A stretch of DNA of 64,000 bases from Eledone cirrhosa (taxonomy: Eukaryota): positions 31,930,001 through 31,994,000 of the forward strand of contig OZ024740.1 in NCBI GenBank assembly GCA_964016885.1, in the 5' to 3' direction. The notes beneath the pieces were generated by a model. The model was not told the origin of the DNA. It searched no databases and was given only the letters and a program-made list of their open reading frames with translations. Each line of letters begins with the position of its first letter. The first letter of the stretch is position 1. Both the position numbers and the translations under genes were made by a program. Positions 19,901 through 34,900 of the stretch are shown here, piece after piece.

Positions 19901-22900
19901 TGTAATGAGAGGGTGATAGTATAGAACATGGTTCTGAGTAATGAGAGGGTGATAGTATAGAACATGGTTCGGTGTAATGAGAGGGTGATAGTATAGAACA
20001 TGGTTCTGTGTAATGAGAGGGTGATAGTATAAAACATGGTTCTCTGTAATGAGAGGGTGATAGTATAGAACATGGTTCTGTGTAATGAGAGGGTGATAGT
20101 ATAGAACATGGTTCTGAGTAATGAGAGGGTGATAGTATAGAACATGGTTCTAAGTAATGAGAGGATGATAGTATAGAACATGGTTCTGAGTAATGAGAGG
20201 GTGATAGTATAGAACATGGTTCTGTGTAATGAGAGGGTGATAGTATAGAACATGGTTCTAAGTAATGAGAGGATGATAGTATAGAACATGGTTCTGAGTA
20301 ATGAGAGGGTGATAGTATAGAACATGGTTCTGTGTAATGAGAGGGTGATAGTATAGAACATGGTTCTGAGTAATGAGAGGGTGATAGTATAGAACATGGT
20401 TCTGAGTAATGAGAGGGTGATAGTATAGAACATGGTTCTAAGTAATGAGAGGATGATAGTATAGAACATGGTTCTGAGTAATGAGAGGGTGATAGTATAG
20501 AACATGGTTCTGAGTAATGAGAGGGTGATAGCATAGAACATGGTTCTAAGTAATGAGAGGATGATAGTATAGAACATGGTTCTGTGTAATGAGAGGGTGA
20601 TAGTATAGAACATGGTTCTGAGTAATGAGAGGGTGATAGTATAGAACATGGTTCTAAGTAATGAGAGGATGATAGTATAGAACATGGTTCTAAGTAATTA
20701 GAGGATGATAGTATAGAACATGGTTCTAAGTAATGAGAGGGTGATAGTATAGAACATGGTTCTGTGTAATGAGAGGGTGATAGTATAGAACATGGTTCTA
20801 AGTAATGAGAGGATGATAGTATAGAACATGGTTCTAAGTAATGAGAGGATGATAGTATAGAACATGGTTCTGAGTAATGAGAGGGTGATAGTATAGAACA
20901 TGGTTCTGTGTAATGAGAGGGTGATAGTATAGAACATGGTTCCGTGTAATGAGAGGGTGATAGTATAGAACATCGTTCTAAGTAATGAGAGGATGATAGT
21001 ATAGAACATGGTTCTAAGTAATGAGAGGATGATAGTATAGAACATGGTTGTAAGTAATGAGAGGATGATAGTATAGAATATGGTTCTGAGTAATGAGAGG
21101 GAGATAGTATAGAACATGGTTCTGTGTAATGAGAGGGTGATAGTATAGAACTTGGTTCTAAGTAATGCGAGGATGATAGTATAGAACATGGTTCTGAGTA
21201 ATGAGAGGATGATAGTATAGAACATGGTTCTAAGTAATGAGCGGATGATAGTATAGAACATGGTTCTAAGTAATGAGCGGATGATAGTATAGAACATGGT
21301 TCTAAGTAATGAGAGGATGATAGTATAAAACATGGTTCTGAGTAATGAGAGGGTGATAGTATAGAACATGGTTCTGTGTAATGAGAGGGTGAGAGTATAG
21401 AACATGGTTCTAAGTAATGAGAGGATGATAGTATAGAACATGGTTCTGAGTAATGAGAGGGTGATAGTATAGAACATGGTTCTAAGTAATGAGAGGATGA
21501 TAGTATAGAACATGGTTCTGTGTAATGAGAGGGTGATAGAATAGAACATGGTGCTGAGTAATGAGAGGGTGATAGTATAGAACATGGTTCTGAGTAATGA
21601 GAGGATGATAGTATAGAACATGGTTCTAAGTAATGAGAGGATGATAGTATAGAACATGGTTCTGTGTAATGAGAGGGTGATAGTATAGAACATGGTTCTG
21701 AGTAATGAGAGAGTGATAGTATAGAACATGGTTCTGTGTAATGAGAGGGTGATAGTATAGAACATGGTTCTAAGTAATGAGAGGATGATAGTATAGAACA
21801 TGTTTCTAAGTAATGAGAGGATGATAGTATAGAACATGTTTCTAAGTAATGAGAGGGTGATAGTACAGAACATGGTTCTGTGTAATGAGAGGGTGATAGT
21901 ATAGAACATGGTTCTAAGTAATGAGAGGATGATAGTATAGAACATGGTGCTGAGTAATGAGAGGATGATAGTATAGAACATGGTTCTGTGTAATGAGAGG
22001 GTGATAGTATAGAACATGGTGCTGAGTAATGAGAGGGTGATAGTATAGAACATGGTTCTGAGTAATGAGAGGATGATAGTATAGAACATGGTTCTAAGTA
22101 ATGAGAGGATGATAGTATAGAACATGGTTCTAAGTAATGAGAGGATGATAGTATAGAACATGGTTCTAAGTAATGAGAGGATGATAGTATAGAACATGGT
22201 TCTGTGTAATTAGAGGGTGATAGTATAGAACATGGTTCTAAGTAATGAGAGGATGATAGTATAGAACATGGTTCTAAGTAATGAGAGGGTGATAGTATAG
22301 AACATGGTTCTGTGTAATGAGAGGGTGATAGTATAGAACATGGTTCTGTGTAATGAGAGGGGGTATAGTATAGAACATGGTTCTGTGTAATGAGAGGGTG
22401 ATAGTATAGAACATGGTTCTAAGTAATGAGAGGATGATAGTATAGAACATGGTTCTATGTAATGAGAGGGTGATAGTATAGAACATGGTTCTGAGTAATG
22501 AGAGGGTGATAGTATAGAACATGGTTCTGTGTAATGAGAGGGTGATAGTATAGAACATGGTTCTGTGTAATGAGAGGGTGATAGTATAGAACATGGTTCT
22601 AAGTAATGAGAGGATGATAGTATAGAAAATGGTGCTGAGTAATGAGAGGGTGATAGTATAGAACATGGTTCTGAGTAATGAGAGGATGATAGTATAGAAC
22701 ATGGTTCTAAGTAATGAGAGGGTGATAGTATAGAACATGGTTCTAAGTAATGAGAGGGTGATAGTATAGAACATGGTTTTGAGTAATGAGAGGATGATAG
22801 TATAGAACATGGTTCTGAGTACTGAGAGGGTGATAGTATAGAACATGGTTCTGTGTAATGAGAGGGTGATAGTATAGAACATGGTTCTGAGTAATGAGAG

Positions 22901-25900
22901 GGTGATAGTATAGAACATGGTTCTGTGTAATGAGAGGGTGATAGTATAGAACATGGTTCTGAGTAATGAGAGGGTGATAGTATAGAACATGGTTCTGAGT
23001 AATGAGAGGGTGATAGTATAGAACATGGTTCTAAGTAATGAGAGGATGATAGTATAGAACATGGTTCTGAGTAATGAGAGGGTGATAGTATAGAACATGG
23101 TTCTGAGTAATGAGAGGGTGATAGTATAGAACATGGTTCTGAGTAATGAGAGGGTGATAGCATAGAACATGGTTCTAAGTAATGAGAGGATGATAGTATA
23201 GAACATGGTTCTGTGTAATGAGAGGGTGATAGTATAGAACATGGTTCTGAGTAATGAGAGGGTGATAGTATAGAACATGGTTCTAAGTAATGAGAGGATG
23301 ATAGTATAGAACATGGTTCTAAGTAATTAGAGGATGATAGTATAGAACATGGTTCTAAGTAATGAGAGGGTGATAGTATAGAACATGGTTCTGTGTAATG
23401 AGAGGGTGATAGTATAGAACATGGTTCTAAGTAATGAGAGGATGATAGTATAGAACATGGTTCTAAGTAATGAGAGGATGATAGTATAGAACATGGTTCT
23501 GAGTAATGAGAGGGTGATAGTATAGAACATGGTTCTGTGTAATGAGAGGGTGATAGTATAGAACATGGTTCCGTGTAATGAGAGGGTGATAGTATAGAAC
23601 ATCGTTCTAAGTAATGAGAGGATGATAGTATAGAACATGGTTCTAAGTAATGAGAGGATGATAGTATAGAACATGGTTGTAAGTAATGAGAGGATGATAG
23701 TATAGAATATGGTTCTGAGTAATGAGAGGGAGATAGTATAGAACATGGTTCTGTGTAATGAGAGGGTGATAGTATAGAACTTGGTTCTAAGTAATGCGAG
23801 GATGATAGTATAGAACATGGTTCTGAGTAATGAGAGGATGATAGTATAGAACATGGTTCTAAGTAATGAGCGGATGATAGTATAGAACATGGTTCTAAGT
23901 AATGAGCGGATGATAGTATAGAACATGGTTCTAAGTAATGAGAGGATGATAGTATAAAACATGGTTCTGAGTAATGAGAGGGTGATAGTATAGAACATGG
24001 TTCTGTGTAATGAGAGGGTGAGAGTATAGAACATGGTTCTAAGTAATGAGAGGATGATAGTATAGAACATGGTTCTGAGTAATGAGAGGGTGATAGTATA
24101 GAACATGGTTCTAAGTAATGAGAGGATGATAGTATAGAACATGGTTCTGTGTAATGAGAGGGTGATAGAATAGAACATGGTGCTGAGTAATGAGAGGGTG
24201 ATAGTATAGAACGTGGTTCTGAGTAATGAGAGGATGATAGTATAGAACATGGTTCTAAGTAATGAGAGGATGATAGTATAGAACATGGTTCTGTGTAATG
24301 AGAGGGTGATAGTATAGAACATGGTTCTGAGTAATGAGAGAGTGATAGTATAGAACATGGTTCTGTGTAATGAGAGGGTGATAGTATAGAACATGGTTCT
24401 AAGTAATGAGAGGATGATAGTATAGAACATGTTTCTAAGTAATGAGAGGATGATAGTATAGAACATGTTTCTAAGTAATGAGAGGGTGATAGTACAGAAC
24501 ATGGTTCTGTGTAATGAGAGGGTGATAGTATAGAACATGGTTCTAAGTAATGAGAGGATGATAGTATAGAACATGGTGCTGAGTAATGAGAGGATGATAG
24601 TATAGAACATGGTTCTGTGTAATGAGAGGGTGATAGTATAGAACATGGTGCTGAGTAATGAGAGGGTGATAGTATAGAACATGGTTCTGAGTAATGAGAG
24701 GATGATAGTATAGAACATGGTTCTAAGTAATGAGAGGATGATAGTATAGAACATGGTTCTAAGTAATGAGAGGATGATAGTATAGAACATGGTTCTAAGT
24801 AATGAGAGGATGATAGTATAGAACATGGTTCTGTGTAATTAGAGGGTGATAGTATAGAACATGGTTCTAAGTAATGAGAGGATGATAGTATAGAACATGG
24901 TTCTAAGTAATGAGAGGGTGATAGTATAGAACATGGTTCTGTGTAATGAGAGGGTGATAGTATAGAACATGGTTCTGTGTAATGAGAGGGGGTATAGTAT
25001 AGAACATGGTTCTGTGTAATGAGAGGGTGATAGTATAGAACATGGTTCTAAGTAATGAGAGGATGATAGTATAGAACATGGTTCTATGTAATGAGAGGGT
25101 GATAGTATAGAACATGGTTCTGAGTAATGAGAGGGTGATAGTATAGAACATGGTTCTGTGTAATGAGAGGGTGATAGTATAGAACATGGTTCTGTGTAAT
25201 GAGAGGGTGATAGTATAGAACATGGTTCTAAGTAATGAGAGGATGATAGTATAGAAAATGGTGCTGAGTAATGAGAGGGTGATAGTATAGAACATGGTTC
25301 TGAGTAATGAGAGGATGATAGTATAGAACATGGTTCTAAGTAATGAGAGGGTGATAGTATAGAACATGGTTCTAAGTAATGAGAGGGTGATAGTATAGAA
25401 CATGGTTTTGAGTAATGAGAGGATGATAGTATAGAACATGGTTCTGAGTACTGAGAGGGTGATAGTATAGAACATGGTTCTGTGTAATGAGAGGGTGATA
25501 GTATAGAACATGGTTCTGTGTAATGAGAGGGTGATAGTATAGAACATGGTTCTAAGTAATGAGAGGATGATAGTATAGAACATGGTTCTAAGTAATGAGA
25601 GGATGATAGTATAGAACATGGTTCTGAGTAATGAGAGGATGATAGTATAGAACATGGTTCTAAGTAATGAGAGGGTGATAGTATAGAACATGGTTCTGAG
25701 TAATGAGAGGGTGATAGTATAGAACATGGTTCTGTGTAATGAGAGGGTGGTAGTATAGAACATGGTTCTAAGTAATGAGAGGATGATAGTATAGAACATG
25801 GTTCTAAGTAATGAGAGGATGATAGTATAGAACATGGTTCTGAGTAATGAGCGGATGATAGTATAGAACATGGATCTAAGTAATGAGAGGATGATAGTAT

Positions 25901-28900
25901 AGAACATGGTTCTGAGTAATGAGAGGGTGATAGTATAGAACATGGTTCTGTGTAATGAGAGGGTGATAGTATAGAACATGGTTCTAAGTAATGAGAGGAT
26001 GATAGTATAGAACATGGTGCTGAGTAATGAGAGGGTGATAGTATAGAACATGGTTCTGAGTAATGAGAGGATGATAGTATAGAACATGGTTCTAAGTAAT
26101 GAGAGGATGATAGTATAGAACATGGTTCTGTGTAATGAGAGGGTGATAGTATAGAACATGGTTCTAAGTAATGAGAGGATGATAGTATAGAACATGGTCC
26201 TAAGTAATGAGAGGATGATAGTATAGAACATGGTTCTGAGTAATGAGAGGGTGATAGTATAGAACATGGTTCTGTGTAATGAGAGGGTGATAGCATAGAA
26301 CATGGTTCTGTGTAATGAGAGGGTGATAGTATAGAACATGGTTCTAAGTAATGAGAGGATGATAGTATAGAACATGGTTCGAAGTAATGAGAGGATGATA
26401 GTATAGAACATGGTTCTAAGTAATGAGAGGATGATAGTATAGAACATGGTTCTGAGTAATGAGAGGGTGATAGTACAGAACATGGTTCAGTGTAATGAGA
26501 GGGTGATAGTATAGAACATGGTTCTAAGTAATGAGAGGATGATAGTATAGAACATGGTTCTGAGTAATGAGAGCGTGATAGTATAGAACATGGTTCTAAG
26601 TAATGAGAGGATGATAGTATAGAACATGGTGCTGAGTAATGAGAGGGTGATAGTATAGAACATGGTTCTGAGTAATGAGAGGATGATAGTATAGAACATG
26701 GTTCTAAGTAATGAGAGGATGATAGTATAGAACATGGTTCTGTGTAATGAGAGGGTGATAGTATAGAACATGGTGCTGAGTAATAAGAGGGTGATAGTAT
26801 AGAACATGGTTCTGAGTAATGAGAGGATGATAGTATAGAACATGGTTCTAAGTAATGAGAGGATGATAGTATAGAACATGGTTCTGTGTAATGAGAGGGT
26901 GATAGTATAGAACATGGTTCTAAGTAATGAGAGGATGATAGTATAGAACATGGTTCTAAGTAATGAGAGGGTGATAGTATAGAACATAGTTCTGTGTAAT
27001 GAGAGGGTGATAGTATAGAACATGGTTCTGTGTAATGAGAGGGGGTATAGTATAGAACATGGTTCTGTGTAATGAGAGGGTGATAGTATAGAACATGGTT
27101 CTAAGTAATGAGAGGATGATAGTATAGAACATGGTTCTATGTAATGAGAGGGTGATAGTATAGAACATGGTTCTGAGTAATGAGAGGGTGATAGTATAGA
27201 ACATGGTTCTGTGTAATGAGAGGGTGATAGTATAGAACATGGTTCTGTGTAATGAGAGGGTGATAGTATAGAACATGGTTCTAAGTAATGAGAGGATGAT
27301 AGTATAGAAAATGGTGGTGAGTAATGAGAGGGTGATAGTATAGAACATGGTTCTGAGTAATGAGAGGATGATAGTATAGAACATGGTTCTAAGTAATGAG
27401 AGGGTGATAGTATAGAACATGGTTCTAAGTAATGAGAGGGTGATAGTATAGAACATGGTTCTGAGTAATGAGAGGATGATAGTATAGAACATGGTTCTGA
27501 GTACTGAGAGGGTGATAGTATAGAACATGGTTCTGTGTAATGAGAGGGTGATAGTATAGAACATGGTTCTGTGTAATGAGAGGGTGATAGTATAGAACAT
27601 GGTTCTAAGTAATGAGAGGATGATAGTATAGAACATGGTTCTAAGTAATGAGAGGATGATAGTATAGAACATGGTTCTGAGTAATGAGAGGATGATAGTA
27701 TAGAACATGGTTCTAAGTAATGAGAGGGTGATAGTATAGAACATGGTTCTGAGTAATGAGAGGGTGATAGTATAGAACATGGTTCTGTGTAATGAGAGGG
27801 TGGTAGTATAGAACATGGTTCTAAGTAATGAGAGGATGATAGTATAGAACATGGTTCTAAGTAATGAGAGGATGATAGTATAGAACATGGTTCTGAGTAA
27901 TGAGCGGATGATAGTATAGAACATGGTTCTAAGTAATGAGAGGATGATAGTATAGAACATGGTTCTGAGTAATGAGAGGGTGATAGTATAGAACATGGTT
28001 CTGTGTAATGAGAGGGTGATAGTATAGAACATGGTTCTAAGTAATGAGAGGATGATAGTATAGAACATGGTGCTGAGTAATGAGAGGGTGATAGTATAGA
28101 ACATGGTTCTGAGTAATGAGAGGATGATAGTATAGAACATGGTTCTAAGTAATGAGAGGATGATAGTATAGAACATGGTTCTGTGTAATGAGAGGGTGAT
28201 AGTATAGAACATGGTTCTAAGTAATGAGAGGATGATAGTATAGAACATGGTTCTAAGTAATGAGAGGGTGATAGTATAGAACATAGTTCTGTGTAATGAG
28301 AGGGTGATAGTATAGAACATGGTTCTGTGTAATGAGAGGGGGTATAGTATAGAACATGGTTCTGTGTAATGAGAGGGTGATAGTATAGAACATGGTTCTA
28401 AGTAATGAGAGGATGATAGTATAGAACATGGTTCTATGTAATGAGAGGGTGATAGTATAGAACATGGTTCTGAGTAATGAGAGGGTGATAGTATAGAACA
28501 TGGTTCTGTGTAATGAGAGGGTGATAGTATAGAACATGGTTCTGTGTAATGAGAGGGTGATAGTATAGAACATGGTTCTAAGTAATGAGAGGATGATAGT
28601 ATAGAAAATGGTGCTGAGTAATGAGAGGGTGATAGTATAGAACATGGTTCTGAGTAATGAGAGGATGATAGTATAGAACATGGTTCTAAGTAATGAGAGG
28701 GTGATAGTATAGAACATGGTTCTAAGTAATGAGAGGGTGATAGTATAGAACATGGTTCTGAGTAATGAGAGGATGATAGTATAGAACATGGTTCTGAGTA
28801 CTGAGAGGGTGATAGTATAGAACATGGTTCTGTGTAATGAGAGGGTGATAGTATAGAACATGGTTCTGTGTAATGAGAGGGTGATAGTATAGAACATGGT

Positions 28901-31900
28901 TCTAAGTAATGAGAGGATGATAGTATAGAACATGGTTCTAAGTAATGAGAGGATGATAGTATAGAACATGGTTCTGAGTAATGAGAGGATGATAGTATAG
29001 AACATGGTTCTAAGTAATGAGAGGGTGATAGTATAGAACATGGTTCTGAGTAATGAGAGGGTGATAGTATAGAACATGGTTCTGTGTAATGAGAGGGTGG
29101 TAGTATAGAACATGGTTCTAAGTAATGAGAGGATGATAGTATAGAACATGGTTCTAAGTAATGAGAGGATGATAGTATAGAACATGGTTCTGAGTAATGA
29201 GCGGATGATAGTATAGAACATGGTTCTAAGTAATGAGAGGATGATAGTATAGAACATGGTTCTGAGTAATGAGAGGGTGATAGTATAGAACATGGTTCTG
29301 TGTAATGAGAGGGTGATAGTATAGAACATGGTTCTAAGTAATGAGAGGATGATAGTATAGAACATGGTGCTGAGTAATGAGAGGGTGATAGTATAGAACA
29401 TGGTTCTGAGTAATGAGAGGATGATAGTATAGAACATGGTTCTAAGTAATGAGAGGATGATAGTATAGAACATGGTTCTGTGTAATGAGAGGGTGATAGT
29501 ATAGAACATGGTTCTAAGTAATGAGAGGATGATAGTATAGAACATGGTCCTAAGTAATGAGAGGATGATAGTATAGAACATGGTTCTGAGTAATGAGAGG
29601 GTGATAGTATAGAACATGGTTCTGTGTAATGAGAGGGTGATAGTATAGAACATGGTTCTGTGTAATGAGAGGGTGATAGTATAGAACATGGTTCTAAGTA
29701 ATGAGAGGATGATAGTATAGAACATGGTTCGAAGTAATGAGAGGATGATAGTATAGAACATGGTTCTAAGTAATGAGAGGATGATAGTATAGAACATGGT
29801 TCTGAGTAATGAGAGGGTGATAGTATAGAACATGGTTCAGTGTAATGAGAGGGTGATAGTATAGAACATGGTTCTAAGTAATGAGAGGATGATAGTATAG
29901 AACATGGTTCTGAGTAATGAGAGGGTGATAGTATAGAACATGGTTCTAAGTAATGAGAGGATGATAGTATAGAACATGGTGCTGAGTAATGAGAGGGTGA
30001 TAGTATAGAACATGGTTCTGAGTAATGAGAGGATGATAGTATAGAACATGGTTCTAAGTAATGAGAGGATGATAGTATAGAACATGGTTCTGTGTAATGA
30101 GAGGGTGATAGTATAGAACATGGTGCTGAGTAATAAGAGGGTGATAGTATAGAACATGGTTCTGAGTAATGAGAGGATGATAGTATAGAACATGGTTCTA
30201 AGTAATGAGAGGATGATAGTATAGAACATGGTTCTGTGTAATGAGAGGGTGATAGTATAGAACATGGTTCTAAGTAATGAGAGGATGATAGTATAGAACA
30301 TGGTTCTAAGTAATGAGAGGGTGATAGTATAGAACATAGTTCTGTGTAATGAGAGGGTGATAGTATAGAACATGGTTCTGTGTAATGAGAGGGGGTATAG
30401 TATAGAACATGGTTCTGTGTAATGAGAGGGTGATAGTATAGAACATGGTTCTAAGTAATGAGAGGATGATAGTATAGAACATGGTTCTATGTAATGAGAG
30501 GGTGATAGTATAGAACATGGTTCTGAGTAATGAGAGGGTGATAGTATAGAACATGGTTCTGTGTAATGAGAGGGTGATAGTATAGAACATGGTTCTGTGT
30601 AATGAGAGGGTGATAGTATAGAACATGGTTCTAAGTAATGAGAGGATGATAGTATAGAAAATGGTGGTGAGTAATGAGAGGGTGATAGTATAGAACATGG
30701 TTCTGAGTAATGAGAGGATGATAGTATAGAACATGGTTCTAAGTAATGAGAGGGTGATAGTATAGAACATGGTTCTAAGTAATGAGAGGGTGATAGTATA
30801 GAACATGGTTCTGAGTAATGAGAGGATGATAGTATAGAACATGGTTCTGAGTACTGAGAGGGTGATAGTATAGAACATGGTTCTGTGTAATGAGAGGGTG
30901 ATAGTATAGAACATGGTTCTGTGTAATGAGAGGGTGATAGTATAGAACATGGTTCTAAGTAATGAGAGGATGATAGTATAGAACATGGTTCTAAGTAATG
31001 AGAGGATGATAGTATAGAACATGGTTCTGAGTAATGAGAGGATGATAGTATAGAACATGGTTCTAAGTAATGAGAGGGTGATAGTATAGAACATGGTTCT
31101 GAGTAATGAGAGGGTGATAGTATAGAACATGGTTCTGTGTAATGAGAGGGTGGTAGTATAGAACATGGTTCTAAGTAATGAGAGGATGATAGTATAGAAC
31201 ATGGTTCTAAGTAATGAGAGGATGATAGTATAGAACATGGTTCTGAGTAATGAGCGGATGATAGTATAGAACATGGTTCTAAGTAATGAGAGGATGATAG
31301 TATAGAACATGGTTCTGAGTAATGAGAGGGTGATAGTATAGAACATGGTTCTGTGTAATGAGAGGGTGATAGTATAGAACATGGTTCTAAGTAATGAGAG
31401 GATGATAGTATAGAACATGGTGCTGAGTAATGAGAGGGTGATAGTATAGAACATGGTTCTGAGTAATGAGAGGATGATAGTATAGAACATGGTTCTAAGT
31501 AATGAGAGGATGATAGTATAGAACATGGTTCTGTGTAATGAGAGGGTGATAGTATAGAACATGGTTCTAAGTAATGAGAGGATGATAGTATAGAACATGG
31601 TTCTAAGTAATGAGAGGGTGATAGTATAGAACATAGTTCTGTGTAATGAGAGGGTGATAGTATAGAACATGGTTCTGTGTAATGAGAGGGGGTATAGTAT
31701 AGAACATGGTTCTGTGTAATGAGAGGGTGATAGTATAGAACATGGTTCTAAGTAATGAGAGGATGATAGTATAGAACATGGTTCTATGTAATGAGAGGGT
31801 GATAGTATAGAACATGGTTCTGAGTAATGAGAGGGTGATAGTATAGAACATGGTTCTGTGTAATGAGAGGGTGATAGTATAGAACATGGTTCTGTGTAAT

Positions 31901-34900
31901 GAGAGGGTGATAGTATAGAACATGGTTCTAAGTAATGAGAGGATGATAGTATAGAAAATGGTGCTGAGTAATGAGAGGGTGATAGTATAGAACATGGTTC
32001 TGAGTAATGAGAGGATGATAGTATAGAACATGGTTCTAAGTAATGAGAGGGTGATAGTATAGAACATGGTTCTAAGTAATGAGAGGGTGATAGTATAGAA
32101 CATGGTTCTGAGTAATGAGAGGATGATAGTATAGAACATGGTTCTGAGTACTGAGAGGGTGATAGTATAGAACATGGTTCTGTGTAATGAGAGGGTGATA
32201 GTATAGAACATGGTTCTGTGTAATGAGAGGGTGATAGTATAGAACATGGTTCTAAGTAATGAGAGGATGATAGTATAGAACATGGTTCTAAGTAATGAGA
32301 GGATGATAGTATAGAACATGGTTCTGAGTAATGAGAGGATGATAGTATAGAACATGGTTCTAAGTAATGAGAGGGTGATAGTATAGAACATGGTTCTGAG
32401 TAATGAGAGGGTGATAGTATAGAACATGGTTCTGTGTAATGAGAGGGTGGTAGTATAGAACATGGTTCTAAGTAATGAGAGGATGATAGTATAGAACATG
32501 GTTCTAAGTAATGAGAGGATGATAGTATAGAACATGGTTCTGAGTAATGAGCGGATGATAGTATAGAACATGGTTCTAAGTAATGAGAGGATGATAGTAT
32601 AGAACATGGTTCTGAGTAATGAGAGGGTGATAGTATAGAACATGGTTCTGTGTAATGAGAGGGTGATAGTATAGAACATGGTTCTAAGTAATGAGAGGAT
32701 GCTAGTATAGAACATGGTGCTGAGTAATGAGAGGGTGATAGTATAGAACATGGTTCTGAGTAATGAGAGGATGATAGTATAGAACATGGTTCTAAGTAAT
32801 GAGAGGATGATAGTATAGAACATGGTTCTGTGTAATGAGAGGGTGATAGTATAGAACATGGTTCTAAGTAATGAGAGGATGATAGTATAGAACATGGTCC
32901 TAAGTAATGAGAGGATGATAGTATAGAACATGGTTCTGAGTAATGAGAGGGTGATAGTATAGAACATGGTTCTGTGTAATGAGAGGGTGATAGTATAGAA
33001 CATGGTTCTGTGTAATGAGAGGGTGATAGTATAGAACATGGTTCTAAGTAATGAGAGGATGATAGTATAGAACATGGTTCGAAGTAATGAGAGGATGATA
33101 GTATAGAACATGGTTCTAAGTAATGAGAGGATGATAGTATAGAACATGGTTCTGAGTAATGAGAGGGTGATAGTATAGAACATGGTTCAGTGTAATGAGA
33201 GGGTGATAGTATAGAACATGGTTCTAAGTAATGAGAGGATGATAGTATAGAACATGGTTCTGAGTAATGAGAGGGTGATAGTATAGAACATGGTTCTAAG
33301 TAATGAGAGGATGATAGTATAGAACATGGTGCTGAGTAATGAGAGGGTGATAGTATAGAACATGGTTCTGAGTAATGAGAGGATGATAGTATAGAACATG
33401 GTTCTAAGTAATGAGAGGATGATAGTATAGAACATGGTTCTGTGTAATGAGAGGGTGATAGTATAGAACATGGTGCTGAGTAATAAGAGGGTGATAGTAT
33501 AGAACATGGTTCTGAGTAATGAGAGGATGATAGTATAGAACATGGTTCTAAGTAATGAGAGGATGATAGTATAGAACATGGTTCTGTGTAATGAGAGGGT
33601 GATAGTATAGAACATGGTTCTAAGTAATGAGAGGATGATAGTATAGAACATGGTTCTAAGTAATGAGAGGGTGATAGTATAGAACATAGTTCTGTGTAAT
33701 GAGAGGGTGATAGTATAGAACATGGTTCTGTGTAATGAGAGGGGGTATAGTATAGAACATGGTTCTGTGTAATGAGAGGGTGATAGTATAGAACATGGTT
33801 CTAAGTAATGAGAGGATGATAGTATAGAACATGGTTCTAAGTAATGAGAGGGTGATAGTATAGAACATGGTTCTGAGTAATGAGAGAGTGATAGTATAGA
33901 ACATGGTTCTGTGTAATGAGAGGGTGATAGTATAGAACATGGTTCTAAGTAATGAGAGGGTGATAGTATAGAACATGGTTCTAAGTAATGAGAGGATGAT
34001 AGTATAGAACATGTTTCTAAGTAATGAGAGGATGATAGTATAGAACATGTTTCTAAGTAATGAGAGGGTGATAGTACAGAACATGGTTCTGTGTAATGAG
34101 AGGGTGATAGTATAGAACATGGTTCTAAGTAATGAGAGGATGATAGTATAGAACATGGTGCTGAGTAATGAGAGGATGATAGTATAGAACATGGTTCTAA
34201 GTAATGAGAGGGTGATAGTATAGAACATGGTTCTGAGTAATGAGAGGATGATAGTATAGAACATGGTTCTGAGTAATGAGAGGGTGATAGTATAGAACAT
34301 GGTTCTGTGTAATGAGAGGGTGATAGTATAGAACATGGTTCTGTGTAATGAGAGGGTGATAGTATAGAACATGGTTCTAAGTAATGAGAGGATGATAGTA
34401 TAGAACATGGTTCTAAGTAATGAGAGGGTGATAGTATAGAACATGGTTCTGTGTAATGAGAGGATGATAGTATAGAACATGGTTCTAAGTAATAAGAGGG
34501 TGATAGTATAGAACATGGTTCTGAGTAATGAGAGGGTGATAGTATAGAACATGGTTCTGTGTAATGAGAGGGTGATAGTATAGAACAAGGTTCTAAGTAA
34601 TGAGAGGATGATAGTATAGAACATGGTTCTAAGTAATGAGAGGGTGATAGTATAGAACATGGTTCTAAGTAATGAGAGGATGATAATATAGAACATGGTG
34701 CTGAGTAATGAGAGGATGATAGTATAGAACATGGTGCTGAGTAATGAGAGGGTGATAGTATAGAACATGGTTCTGAGTAATGAGAGGATGATAGTATAGA
34801 ACATGGTTCTAAGTAATGAGAGGATGATAGTATAGAACATGGTTCTGTGTAATGAGAGGGTGATAGTATGGAACATGGTGCTGAGTAATGAGAGGGTGAT